In this document: piece after piece, positions 47,649 to 56,246 of the stretch
Numbering within the stretch: position 1 is the stretch's first letter
How the letters are laid out: every line of letters starts with the position of its first letter
The notes under the pieces: generated by a model
Seen by the model: the letters and a program-made list of their open reading frames with translations, nothing else
The model's database searches: none
What the model was told of the DNA's origin: nothing
Program-made: the position numbers and the translations under genes
Source of the DNA: Blastochloris sp.
Lineage (GTDB): Bacteria; Verrucomicrobiota; Verrucomicrobiia; Methylacidiphilales; JAAUTS01
Assembly (NCBI GenBank): GCA_034440395.1
Contig: JAWXBW010000069.1
Location: 2,798 to 66,797 of the forward strand
Direction of reading: 5' to 3'
DNA length: 64,000 nt

Positions 47649-48938
47649 TTAACGTCCGACGCTGTAGTACTCAAATCCGAGGTTTTTCATTTCCCCAGGC
47701 TCTAAGAGATTACGTCCATCGAAAATCAGCGGTGTGCGCATGAGTTTTTTAATCTTAAGCCAATCTAACTCTTTAAACTCTTTCCATTCTGTGGCTACAA
47801 CGATGGCATCTGCCTCAACAGCTACGTCATAGGGGTCAGAGACTAAAGGGATTTGGGGGTAAGCAACTGCGCACTTTTCCATTCCTTTAGGATCGTAAGT
47901 TTTAAGTAGGGCGCCTTCTTCTATCATGCGTTGAGCGATGTTAATGGCGACGCTGGAACGGATGTCGTCTGTGTTCCCTTTGAAGGCTAGACCCAGTTGC
48001 CCGATTTTCTTCTCGCGGAAGACCCACATGACCGAACGCATTTTTTTAAGGAACCGTTCAAGCTGGTCGCCGTTTATGCGCTCCACTTCTTTAAGTAAAC
48101 TAAAGTCGTAGCCTAAGTCATCTGAGATACGGATAAAGGCGGATAAATCTTTCGGAAAACAGGAACCACCGTAGCCTAAACCTGCATGGAGGAATTCGCG
48201 TCCGATCCGTTTATCTGCACCCATTCCATCTGCCACCATACCGATGTCGGCCCCCGAAGCTTCACAGATAGCGGCTACGGCGTTGATGTAGCTGATTTTT
48301 AAAGCTAGGAAGCTGTTACTGGCGTGCTTAATCAGCTCGGCGCTATTAAGGTCTGTGATCATGATAGGGGCATGGAAGGGTTCATAAACATCCTTCATGA
48401 TGGCAGCGGCACGATCTCCGTTGGCACCTATAACAATGCGGTCAGGGTTCATTAAATCTGCAACGGCACTGCCTTCACGTAAAAACTCAGGGTTGCTGAC
48501 TACATCAAAATCCACATTTGTTTTGCAATAACGGCGAATGGTTTCCGCCACTTTTTCTCCCGTTTTTACGGGCACCGTACTTTTATCCACGATGACACGG
48601 TATTCCGTAAGCACCTCTGCTATGCTACGGGCAACTTTTTCCACAAAGCTCAGATCCACACTGCCATCGGCTTGAGGTGGTGTGGGAACGGCGATGAAAA
48701 CGACTTCCCCATTTTTCACGCCTTCATCAATCGAGGAGGTGAATTTCAGGCGTCCAAGTTCGACGTTTTTACGGACGAGCGTTTCTAAACCCGGCTCATA
48801 GATGGGAATGATACCAGCTTGGAGTTGTTTAATTTTATTTTCGTCGTTATCCACACAGGTCACATAATGACCCACTTCAGCAAAGCACGTTCCAGTTACG
48901 AGTCCGACATAGCCGGAACCTACAATCGTTAATTTCAT
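47649..48938 (-). CDS. ugd: UDP-glucose 6-dehydrogenase
   Basis: N-terminal GSGYVGLVTG and catalytic-region GGSCFPKD. Confidence 0.9.
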   Translation of the reverse strand: MKLTIVGSGYVGLVTGTCFAEVGHYVTCVDNDENKIKQLQAGIIPIYEPGLETLVRKNVELGRLKFTSSIDEGVKNGEVVFIAVPTPPQADGSVDLSFVEKVARSIAEVLTEYRVIVDKSTVPVKTGEKVAETIRRYCKTNVDFDVVSNPEFLREGSAVADLMNPDRIVIGANGDRAAAIMKDVYEPFHAPIMITDLNSAELIKHASNSFLALKISYINAVAAICEASGADIGMVADGMGADKRIGREFLHAGLGYGGSCFPKDLSAFIRISDDLGYDFSLLKEVERINGDQLERFLKKMRSVMWVFREKKIGQLGLAFKGNTDDIRSSVAINIAQRMIEEGALLKTYDPKGMEKCAVAYPQIPLVSDPYDVAVEADAIVVATEWKEFKELDWLKIKKLMRTPLIFDGRNLLEPGEMKNLGFEYYSVGR

Positions 48939-48944
48939 AGCTTA

Positions 48945-51272
48945 TTAATTATTGACTGTGATGTTAGCCGCTGGGAAGGCTTTCAACGTCAGACTGAGAT
49001 AGACAGTAAACTCGTCTTCACTGTTATCATTTTCACGCAGAGATGCACTGACCGCCGTGCTCCATGCACCCACGTCGCGGTAGATGGAATAGCGCTGTTC
49101 GGAGAGCGCTCCTGTGTCGGCTTCAAAGTAGAGGTCTTGGGAGACTTTCCAATTTTCGTTTAAGCGCCAGAAAGTGCCAACGCCAAAAACATGACTATCA
49201 TTTAATACAAAGGCGGATGCGGCGTAGTTTACATTATCTAAATAGAAGTGGCTTAGCTTGAAGTCCAAGGCAGGATGGACTTGCCAAGTAAGGGAGTTGT
49301 TAATCTCAGTAAACTCGTCGTCGGATAGGGGTAAGGCGGAGTAATGATCAAAGCTGAGCCAAGGCACGGGGCGTAAAGCTACTTCGTTATAAACATGGCT
49401 CACAATATTATCCCCAAGGATACCCATCTCCCGACTTTGACTGAAGTTTTCTTGGGTGTAGAGCGCCCAGTCAATCAGATCCACATTGATGCCATCTCGC
49501 TTAGTCTGGATTTTATTACGCACCCCGCTACGAAGGGAGTTTTGGTTATCAATGGAATCAATCGAATTAAAGGAAGAAAAATAAGTGGGCTGTAAACGGG
49601 TAGAGGGAATGCGATCATCGAAACCCCTGAATTGTTGGGGATCCAGATTAGTGTCAGGCATGTAAGAGTAATCTGCAAAAGGCTGGAACATATGGCGGAT
49701 ACCATCTATACCGAGGCCAGGATTTTTGATGTCAGACCATGTCTTGGACACTTTAAAAGAAGCTTCCATACCTGCATTTAAGGCTAGGCGAGTTTCATCA
49801 CCGCCTGGATCATTACTTAAGGGATCATTATTTTGGGTATACGCCGTGCCACGCACACCAGCGCGCGGGGTTAAGGATAGCCAGTTGAAGTATTGTTTAG
49901 GATAGGATAGTTGATGGAACGTATCGTAGCGCACCGCACTGTAACTAGCTCCTGAGGCCTTGTCATCTCGGTCAAATTGACGCTCAAAGTTTACAACGCT
50001 CGTTTCCCCTTCATAGCTTAGGAAGGTATTAAAGAAGGATTGTCTTTTAAACCCAATGTTAAGCTCAGGTTTACGTTCAACGGTTTCAAATAGATTATTC
50101 GCCTGTGCCCGTGCGAGTAAGGTTATCGTAAAATTTGGATCATAATAAACCAGATCGGCAAAATTGTCAGGCTGCTGATCTTTCCGAAATTCTCTTTGGA
50201 AAAAGTCTTCTGTAATATTGCGATCGCTCCAGATGTTGATGTCTGCCGTGGTGGTGAATTCCGGGCTTAACTGATATTTATGCTTATAGGCATAGCGGTA
50301 GCGGTTTTCTTGGGGAATCACGGTGCGGCTAGCCGACGGGAAGCCGATGTCGGGACTGTTGTCTCCTACGAAAAATGTTTTTAATTCGCCACGATCACCG
50401 GGGCGGGGATTAAAATTAAAGTCAATCCCACCACCTGGGCCTCTGCGTGAATAATAGCCCATGTAAGGCGTCACGACCCACCGAGGGTCTAGCGACACCG
50501 TGTAACCAGCACTCACATAGGCACCAAGTCTCGTCGAACTACCTACGCTTAAATCAAAACTGTCAGATTTCTTATTCAAAGGAGCCGCCACGTAGGGAAG
50601 CCACATGACCGGCACGCTGCCTATATAGATACCGACATTTTTAAACACGATACGATCGTCTGGATAAATTTCGATCGTGTTTGCCTTTAATGTATAAGAA
50701 GGTGTTTCACGGTTTTCAGTCGAGATTCCGCCTTGGCGTATGACAAATTTATTCGGCTCAGGTGATTCTACTTTAGCTCCGAAGCCGTAGATCCGATCCT
50801 TAACCATACGAAAGTCTGAGGACTCCACCTGCTGGGTTTCGATGTTATAAGTCAAGAACTCACCACGGTAAATCTTCCCTGAAGCAAAAATGCGCACATT
50901 TCCCTTAGCCATGATTTCGCGCTTTTTACGGTTAAAGGCTACGCTATCTGCGTAGACCACGTTCTGACCGTGGCGGACAACCACGTTACCCTCCGCATAG
51001 GCTATGCCGGCCTCGTAACGGTTTTCACCATCAGCAGTAATTTCGATCGGCATACCCTGCGAGGAGTCCTTCTCAGCCGCCATTAAAGAAGCCGTAAGTG
51101 CCAATAAACAAACAAAAATGTGTCCCAAGTGTTTCAATTGACCTGAGTTAATAGCACTGCGCAAGCAGTCCTGCCAATAAGAAAAAGCATGGATTTTAAT
51201 ATTTCTGTCTTTTACAGTAAAAAGTCGCTTAGTTATTTTGTAAATAACTAAGCCTTGTTCACCCAAGCACAA
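48945..51272 (-). CDS. lptD: LPS-assembly outer membrane protein LptD
   Basis: OstA-like N-domain (ITADGENRYEAGIAYAEGNVVV...VYADSVAFN) followed by a large aromatic-rich beta-barrel. Start uncertain; the 5' end overlaps trmB by 25 nt. Confidence 0.75.
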   Translation of the reverse strand: MCLGEQGLVIYKITKRLFTVKDRNIKIHAFSYWQDCLRSAINSGQLKHLGHIFVCLLALTASLMAAEKDSSQGMPIEITADGENRYEAGIAYAEGNVVVRHGQNVVYADSVAFNRKKREIMAKGNVRIFASGKIYRGEFLTYNIETQQVESSDFRMVKDRIYGFGAKVESPEPNKFVIRQGGISTENRETPSYTLKANTIEIYPDDRIVFKNVGIYIGSVPVMWLPYVAAPLNKKSDSFDLSVGSSTRLGAYVSAGYTVSLDPRWVVTPYMGYYSRRGPGGGIDFNFNPRPGDRGELKTFFVGDNSPDIGFPSASRTVIPQENRYRYAYKHKYQLSPEFTTTADINIWSDRNITEDFFQREFRKDQQPDNFADLVYYDPNFTITLLARAQANNLFETVERKPELNIGFKRQSFFNTFLSYEGETSVVNFERQFDRDDKASGASYSAVRYDTFHQLSYPKQYFNWLSLTPRAGVRGTAYTQNNDPLSNDPGGDETRLALNAGMEASFKVSKTWSDIKNPGLGIDGIRHMFQPFADYSYMPDTNLDPQQFRGFDDRIPSTRLQPTYFSSFNSIDSIDNQNSLRSGVRNKIQTKRDGINVDLIDWALYTQENFSQSREMGILGDNIVSHVYNEVALRPVPWLSFDHYSALPLSDDEFTEINNSLTWQVHPALDFKLSHFYLDNVNYAASAFVLNDSHVFGVGTFWRLNENWKVSQDLYFEADTGALSEQRYSIYRDVGAWSTAVSASLRENDNSEDEFTVYLSLTLKAFPAANITVNN

Positions 51273-51853
51273 CGGTGGAATTCCCTGCCCTCCTCTATGA
51301 ATTGCCTCTCAAAATCCGTCTTAGGATCCGCCGTCGAGTCCCATTCCCCCAGCTTTCCAAACAAAATCCCTGCCTCAGCCCAAACACGGCAAGCCCATGC
51401 AAAATACTCAGCGTGATCCGTGGTAAATCTTACCTCCCCCCCTGAAACTAAACAGTGTTGCAACGTTGCTAAAAACTCTTTCTGAATCAGCCGATTTTTA
51501 AAATGTCGCCGTTTTGGCCAAGGATCAGGGAACATAATATGCACCCGCACCACACTAGCAGGTGGACACATCCACTGCATAAAATAAGACGATTCTAAAC
51601 GCAAAACGCGCACGTTTTTTAACTCACGCCGCACGATTCTCTTCGCTATTTTTGTCGCACGTCCGAGTAAACGCTCCGTCGCCACAAAATTTATTTCTGG
51701 ATGCAACGCCGCGTAATCTAAAAGAAACCCACCATCTCCTGCTCCCAACTCTATCTCAACTGGTTGTGCGTTTCCAAAAATAGCCTGCCAATTAAATCTC
51801 TCCATGAGTTGATCGTTAGGCAACCAAGCCTGACTTACTGCGTCTGTATCCAT
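51248..51853 (-). CDS. trmB: tRNA (guanine-N7)-methyltransferase
   Basis: SAM motif IELGAGDGGF and FPDPWPKRRH. Confidence 0.85.
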   Translation of the reverse strand: MDTDAVSQAWLPNDQLMERFNWQAIFGNAQPVEIELGAGDGGFLLDYAALHPEINFVATERLLGRATKIAKRIVRRELKNVRVLRLESSYFMQWMCPPASVVRVHIMFPDPWPKRRHFKNRLIQKEFLATLQHCLVSGGEVRFTTDHAEYFAWACRVWAEAGILFGKLGEWDSTADPKTDFERQFIEEGREFHRCAWVNKA

Positions 51854-51950
51854 CTAAAAATCCTTTTCGCTAAAAATTAATTTCAATCAATTTCTTTTCT
51901 ACGCTTTACAAAAGAATAAATCCATAGTTTCATTTCACTTCACCGAAATT

Positions 51951-52023
<73 letters not shown>

Positions 52024-52112
52024 CTTCTCTTTACGCCCTTGCGTCGCACGATTGTCACCCAGCTGCCCCTCATTTATCTTGGAACTCTCCCTTTATCCTA
52101 TAGACATTCCCT

Positions 52113-53177
52113 ATGCGTGTACTCGTAACTGGAATGGTCGCTGGCATGGATGACGATGCTTGCTTGAAAAAAGTCGCCGCCCTTGGGTTAAAAAATCACC
52201 GAGAGGTTAAAATTTATAATGCCGTGGACGAGTTCACGAAGTCTGGTCGCAAACCCCTTGAACGCCTCCTAGGCACCACGGACTACGTCTTCGAACTCAC
52301 TCGTGAACGCGAATACGAAAAGATCGGCTACGACATCATGCGTAACGGCTACACCGACGTCATCATCCGCGCCCCCGCCACCATCGAATGGAACCGCATC
52401 AACCGTAAATTTAAAGATCAGCGCATCATCCGCGATTTCATAAAGCCCGACATCATCGTCACCCTTATTGACGCAGAATGGGAAATAAAAGAGAAATTAG
52501 ATAATAAAAATAGCTCTGACTTATTCCTCAACGCCCTCAAAGAACGTAACCATACCCTTTACGAAATCCTCTCGTGGATGCACGAAGAAGTGTCCCTATC
52601 AGAAGATTGGGCCAAGTACATGAACATCCCCCACTACGTCATCGCCGTGGGAGAGCCTCCCGAGTGCCTTTACAAACTTGTCACCACCCCTGACCCGTGG
52701 GTCGTTTACGCCAGCTACTCCATGACCTATGCCACTCCCGATATGCGGCTGGAAGTTAATAAAGTCATCCACCGCCTGCGCGAATACGCCGTCGTTATCG
52801 ACCCTCAAACGGTTGAAATCGGCACCAACTACGAGCACGAAACCCAAGCCAACCGCGAAGCTATCTACGCCTACACCGTCCATCGAGACCTTCACTGGTA
52901 TGTCGGAAAAATCCACGCCGTCGTCGCCATCCATCCCTATCCAGAAAGACCGCCCCTCTCCGCTGGCATGATGGACGAACTCGGTCACGCCCGCGACTAC
53001 ATGAAGGCCCGCTACATGATCTTCCCCAAAGGCTTCAGCCCCTTCACTACCGATAGTTATATTGAAAAAGGTCACCTCTTTGAAAAAGCAGACGAGTTTT
53101 TTAATTACTTAGATCGAGTCGAAGGCCGCAAAAAATTCATCGGCGACTTCACCCTCCAAGGCGATTTAAAACTGTAA
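52113..53177 (+). CDS. hypothetical two-domain protein (degenerate adenylate-kinase-like N-domain + nucleoside 2-deoxyribosyltransferase/Rcl-like C-domain)
   Basis: Long ORF with host-like codon usage. N-half resembles archaeal-type AK topology (MRVLVTG..., DVIIRAPATI, KPDIIVTLIDAEWEI), but GMVAGMDDDA sits where the Walker A should be. C-half has VVYASYSM, HRDLHWY and AVVAIHP...LSAGMMDELGHA, resembling the NDT/Rcl fold. All by eye. Confidence 0.45.
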   Translation: MRVLVTGMVAGMDDDACLKKVAALGLKNHREVKIYNAVDEFTKSGRKPLERLLGTTDYVFELTREREYEKIGYDIMRNGYTDVIIRAPATIEWNRINRKFKDQRIIRDFIKPDIIVTLIDAEWEIKEKLDNKNSSDLFLNALKERNHTLYEILSWMHEEVSLSEDWAKYMNIPHYVIAVGEPPECLYKLVTTPDPWVVYASYSMTYATPDMRLEVNKVIHRLREYAVVIDPQTVEIGTNYEHETQANREAIYAYTVHRDLHWYVGKIHAVVAIHPYPERPPLSAGMMDELGHARDYMKARYMIFPKGFSPFTTDSYIEKGHLFEKADEFFNYLDRVEGRKKFIGDFTLQGDLKL

Positions 53178-53285
53178 GAAGGCAAAAGAAGCAGCACTGC
53201 CTTCAGCCTACCACCTCAAAGCTCCATCTGTAGTCCATACTAGGATTTTTGTAAACTGTTTGTTGTCAGAAGATTGCATGGACAA

Positions 53286-53309
53286 AATATCCTAAGTGCT
53301 TAGGATATT
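53286..53309. promoter_or_regulatory. perfect 11-bp-arm palindrome (AATATCCTAAG tg CTTAGGATATT) 6 nt upstream of the MNT start codon; candidate TA operator
   Basis: Read directly from the sequence. The upstream TTGTCA (53263-53268) and the TATCCT inside the left arm could form a sigma-70-like promoter. Confidence 0.5.
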
Positions 53310-53315
53310 GTCGAT

Positions 53316-53753
53316 ATGAATCACACCACCTTTAGTCAAAAAGGAGGCCAAGCACGCTCTGAGGCTAAGACCATAGCGAACCGAGCCAAATCCGCTGCCT
53401 ATTGGGAGTCGGTTCGGGCCGGAGATCGACCTGCGCCACAGCGCTTACGCCTGCCACCAGCTCCAGAGATTATCGGGACAACTTTAACCGAATACTGCCG
53501 CTTAACAGGTATCCTACAATTGGAGGCCTTTGGTTCCGTGGTGCGGGGAGAGGCTAAACGTGGTAGTGACGTTGATTTAATTGCGACTTTTTCCGAAAAT
53601 CCTGGCCTCCGATTTTTCACGATGGAGAGCGATATGGCCGATATTCTCGGTGTTCCTGTCCACCTACTAACGCGGGATTCGGTGGATCAAATGTCCAATC
53701 CCTACCGCCGCGCCTCAATCCTAGCCGATGCGAAAGTGGTCTATCATGCCTAA
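53316..53753 (+). CDS. MNT-type nucleotidyltransferase (type VII TA antitoxin)
   Basis: NTase motif FGSVVRGEAKRGSDVDL, preceded by an unusual ~45-aa basic N-terminal extension (QKGGQARSEAKTIANRAKSAAYW). Confidence 0.8.
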   Translation: MNHTTFSQKGGQARSEAKTIANRAKSAAYWESVRAGDRPAPQRLRLPPAPEIIGTTLTEYCRLTGILQLEAFGSVVRGEAKRGSDVDLIATFSENPGLRFFTMESDMADILGVPVHLLTRDSVDQMSNPYRRASILADAKVVYHA

Positions 53754-54108
53754 GCCTGCCCCTAAACCCCAAGTAGCTTACCTGCATGATATGCTCGAAG
53801 CGGCGCGCTTGATCCGGGGCTATCTTAAGGGGGTTACCTTTGAGGAATTTTGGCATAATAACGAGAAGCGTGACGCCGTTGCCTTAAGACTCTCCGTTCT
53901 GGGAGAGTCTGCACATAAAATCGATAAAAAAACTGAAGCCGCCTTGTCCCCAATTCCGATCAAGAGTATCGCTGGCATGCGTAATCGGATCGCCCATGAC
54001 TATGGTTCTGTCGATTTCAAGATTGTCTGGGCCGTGACCCAACAGGAGATAGACCCACTGATCGAAACACTGGAACGTTACTTCAAAGATCAAGGTTGCG
54101 CCACTTAA
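53746..54108 (+). CDS. HepT-like (DUF86) RNase toxin
   Basis: Rx4HxY motif RNRIAHDY. The ATG at 53746 overlaps the MNT stop by 8 nt; the track ORF offers an alternative ATG at 53728. Confidence 0.8.
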   Translation: MPKPAPKPQVAYLHDMLEAARLIRGYLKGVTFEEFWHNNEKRDAVALRLSVLGESAHKIDKKTEAALSPIPIKSIAGMRNRIAHDYGSVDFKIVWAVTQQEIDPLIETLERYFKDQGCAT

Positions 54109-54280
54109 GCGCCCAGCCAATGCTCCATGACCGCCACGTCCGTTTCCGGGGGATAGCCGAGCTTAGTATAAATCTAAAAATATAAAATGATTAATAACCA
54201 TCAATTCACAATCGTTGAAAATTGACGCCTCAAGCGGGTAGGTCGTCTCAAGAGTCGTAGGCTGACCCTGTTGATTTTAG

Positions 54281-54320
54281 TGTTACCTATGTCCCCAGTC
54301 TATCTGTTACTGATGTCCCC
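54281..54320. repeat. two 16-bp direct repeats (TGTTACCTATGTCCCC / TGTTACTGATGTCCCC), 24-bp period
   Basis: Read directly from the sequence: 14/16 identical. They abut the truncation point of the vapC remnant. Confidence 0.8.
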
Positions 54321-54323
54321 GAT

Positions 54324-54431
54324 TCATACCAGCGGCACCACTAGTCCTTCCATAAACGCATCCGCCTTCGGAGAGTTGGCCTGCGTCCGGTAAAGAGCAC
54401 AAAGGAAAGAAGTGTCGGGAAAGTGCATCAT
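54324..54431 (-). pseudogene. truncated PIN-domain toxin (vapC remnant, 35 codons)
   Basis: ATGA overlap with the antitoxin stop. It translates to MMHFPDTSFLCALYRTQANSPKADAFMEGLVVPLV*, a typical PIN N-terminus with the first catalytic Asp (DTSF), and then stops. No PIN continuation in any frame downstream. Confidence 0.55.
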
Positions 54432-54685
54432 CCCTCTTCCCCTTCCAACTCATCCGCCCGCATGGATGCCACCTCAGCTTCGCTAAACACCCGCTGGCCC
54501 CAGATGGCTTTTCGACGTGCCGCAAAGTTAGGTTTGGTGGGGTTGACTTCTCTCTTGGGTTTCAATGCGGTGAGCACCCCAATGGGCTGCCCTCGCTTCT
54601 CGATTAGAATTTTCTCCCCTTCGCCAAGCCACACTTCGAGCATGGAGAAGGAGTTGCGCAGATCACGGACGGTAATAGTTCTCAT
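54428..54685 (-). CDS. Phd/YefM- or VapB-type antitoxin
   Basis: N-terminus MRTITVRDLRNSFSMLEVWLGEGEKILIEKRGQPIGVLTAL matches the Phd-like fold pattern; acidic C-terminal tail. Confidence 0.7.
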   Translation of the reverse strand: MRTITVRDLRNSFSMLEVWLGEGEKILIEKRGQPIGVLTALKPKREVNPTKPNFAARRKAIWGQRVFSEAEVASMRADELEGEEG

Positions 54686-54706
54686 GTGGACAAATTAAGT
54701 CCACAT
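54684..54706. promoter_or_regulatory. 8-bp-arm palindrome ATGTGGAC aaattaa GTCCACAT overlapping the antitoxin start codon
   Basis: Read directly from the sequence. Candidate autoregulatory operator or start-codon-sequestering hairpin. Confidence 0.4.
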
Positions 54707-54860
54707 CTCACCACCTCAATGAAATTTAGTCCTCCCATTCGACTTATTTGCATGGAGGCTTTGCGCTGCAGCATCAAGTCATCCGGTGGGCCGCACACCA
54801 AGCGGACGAGAGAAAATTTTCTCATTGCGCAACTTGAAATAGAATTCCATCGACACCAGC

Positions 54861-56246
54861 TCATGGTTTGGTCGCCGATCCGGAATCCCCGTTCCCATAG
54901 TCTTTGAGTTGCTCCTCGACGGATTGCACTTTGGAAAAGGAGGGTTTGCAAGCAGCGGCTGCGGTCCAAGATTTGCTGGTGCTGCCTTTCCGATAATAGG
55001 AGCTGGAATAAAGAGCCCCTTTAGTCGACCGCGGACTAAGGCAGTTCCATTCTTCCAAATGTTCGAGCAATTGTTGCAAAAGCTTCAGGCCGTCGGCGGT
55101 CTTATCCTCAAGTTTGTAGGCCTGCAAAACCGAGATGGCCTCTTTCAATTTCTTTTTGGCATCTTCGACCCTGTCGGCTTGGGCATCCTCGGTTGCTTCC
55201 TCCACGGTCTTACCCGCACGCTGCACCGCAATCCACGCCACTACTTCCTGATTGAGTTTGATGTCCTCCGGGTTCTGCGTGGCTTGGATGCGGATGGTCT
55301 GTTCATGCGTTTGCGAGGTGATTTCTTTTTCGCCAATTTCATCCCACAACACTTCCATTTCCAACAAAGCTTCGCCTTCTAGGGAAGCGACCGGCTTTCC
55401 GTTCAGAAGCGGCAGGGGCAGAACTTCCATCATAAGAACCAATACCCGGTCCTCCTCACTGACTAGATCCCCCACGGACACTTCCGTCCGTCCATCTGGC
55501 AGGGCGACCACTGGGTAATCACTGAGTTGTCCCCACTTTTCGCAAAAAGGAAGGCTCTTGAAACGGAGTCGGACATTTTGAGCAGAAATGTTTTGCAACC
55601 CTTCCAACTCCTCTTTTAGGATCACGGGCAGTTTTTCAGGATTGTCCGCATCATGAAAATCGCCTCCCGAAACTTTAGCCAGATCCTTGAGCAGGACTTC
55701 GTTATAACCATCGCCAAAGCCTAGGCAACTAGTCCGAACGCGATCCTGCTCAACGCCAGTGCCGACTATTCTCCCTACCTGCACGGGATCCACAATCCCT
55801 TGATTGAGCTGGCCATCACCGAGCAGAAGAAGTCGGCGACGAACCCCTTGCGGAGCCTTTTTCAATTCATCGCGTCCCAGCATCCAGCCAGCGGTAAGGT
55901 TGGTGCTGCCTCCCTTGTTGATTTGGCGAATAGTTGCAAGAATCTCATTCTTACAGACGATTTTTTGCAGGGGGATTAGAACCTGTGCCTCACCATCAAA
56001 GACCACCAGACTGAACAAGTCCTCGCTCCGCAGATTTTTAACGACCAACTCACAGGCTTTACGGGCATATTCGAGAGGTTTCCCTGCCATACTTCCACTG
56101 CGATCCAGCACTAGACAGAACGACACTGGATCTGGTCGAATTGACCCCACTTTTTCGGCTCCCAAGCAAACTACTAAATGCACTGGTTGAGCAAGGTTTT
56201 CGAGAATTGTTTTATAATCTAACTGGCAATTAATTTTCATACCCAC
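54861..56246 (-). CDS. cytoplasmic von Willebrand factor A (vWA) domain protein
   Basis: MIDAS motif LVLDRSGSMAGKP plus GGSTNL and LLLGDGQ. No N-terminal signal peptide visible. Beta-rich middle region and helical C-terminal region of unknown family. Confidence 0.75.
   Translation of the reverse strand: MGMKINCQLDYKTILENLAQPVHLVVCLGAEKVGSIRPDPVSFCLVLDRSGSMAGKPLEYARKACELVVKNLRSEDLFSLVVFDGEAQVLIPLQKIVCKNEILATIRQINKGGSTNLTAGWMLGRDELKKAPQGVRRRLLLLGDGQLNQGIVDPVQVGRIVGTGVEQDRVRTSCLGFGDGYNEVLLKDLAKVSGGDFHDADNPEKLPVILKEELEGLQNISAQNVRLRFKSLPFCEKWGQLSDYPVVALPDGRTEVSVGDLVSEEDRVLVLMMEVLPLPLLNGKPVASLEGEALLEMEVLWDEIGEKEITSQTHEQTIRIQATQNPEDIKLNQEVVAWIAVQRAGKTVEEATEDAQADRVEDAKKKLKEAISVLQAYKLEDKTADGLKLLQQLLEHLEEWNCLSPRSTKGALYSSSYYRKGSTSKSWTAAAACKPSFSKVQSVEEQLKDYGNGDSGSATKP

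Noticed and set aside
52599-53075. 158-aa minus-strand ORF, and similar long antisense ORFs (e.g. 41757-42251, 54909-55382, 36497-36742, 1491-1877).
   Set aside because: They lie antisense to genes with clear family motifs and have Gly/Val/Asp-rich or Arg/Ser-rich shadow-frame composition. These are typical shadow ORFs.
54307-54330. The second direct repeat contains TGTCCCCGATTC, an 11/12 match to the variable-loop/T-arm of tRNA-Phe (TGTCCCCGGTTC, ~51993-52004). This suggested an attR copy of the tRNA 3' end bounding a 2.3-kb island.
   Set aside because: Similarity collapses after 12 nt (about 17/29 overall). The segment cannot form a T-arm and no integrase is present. The match is most likely coincidental, but it is worth an exact-repeat search.
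54307-54698. Track ORFs of 72 aa (minus) and 91 aa (plus) around the antitoxin gene.
   Set aside because: They overlap the Phd/VapB-type gene and the vapC remnant in other frames and show no recognisable motifs.
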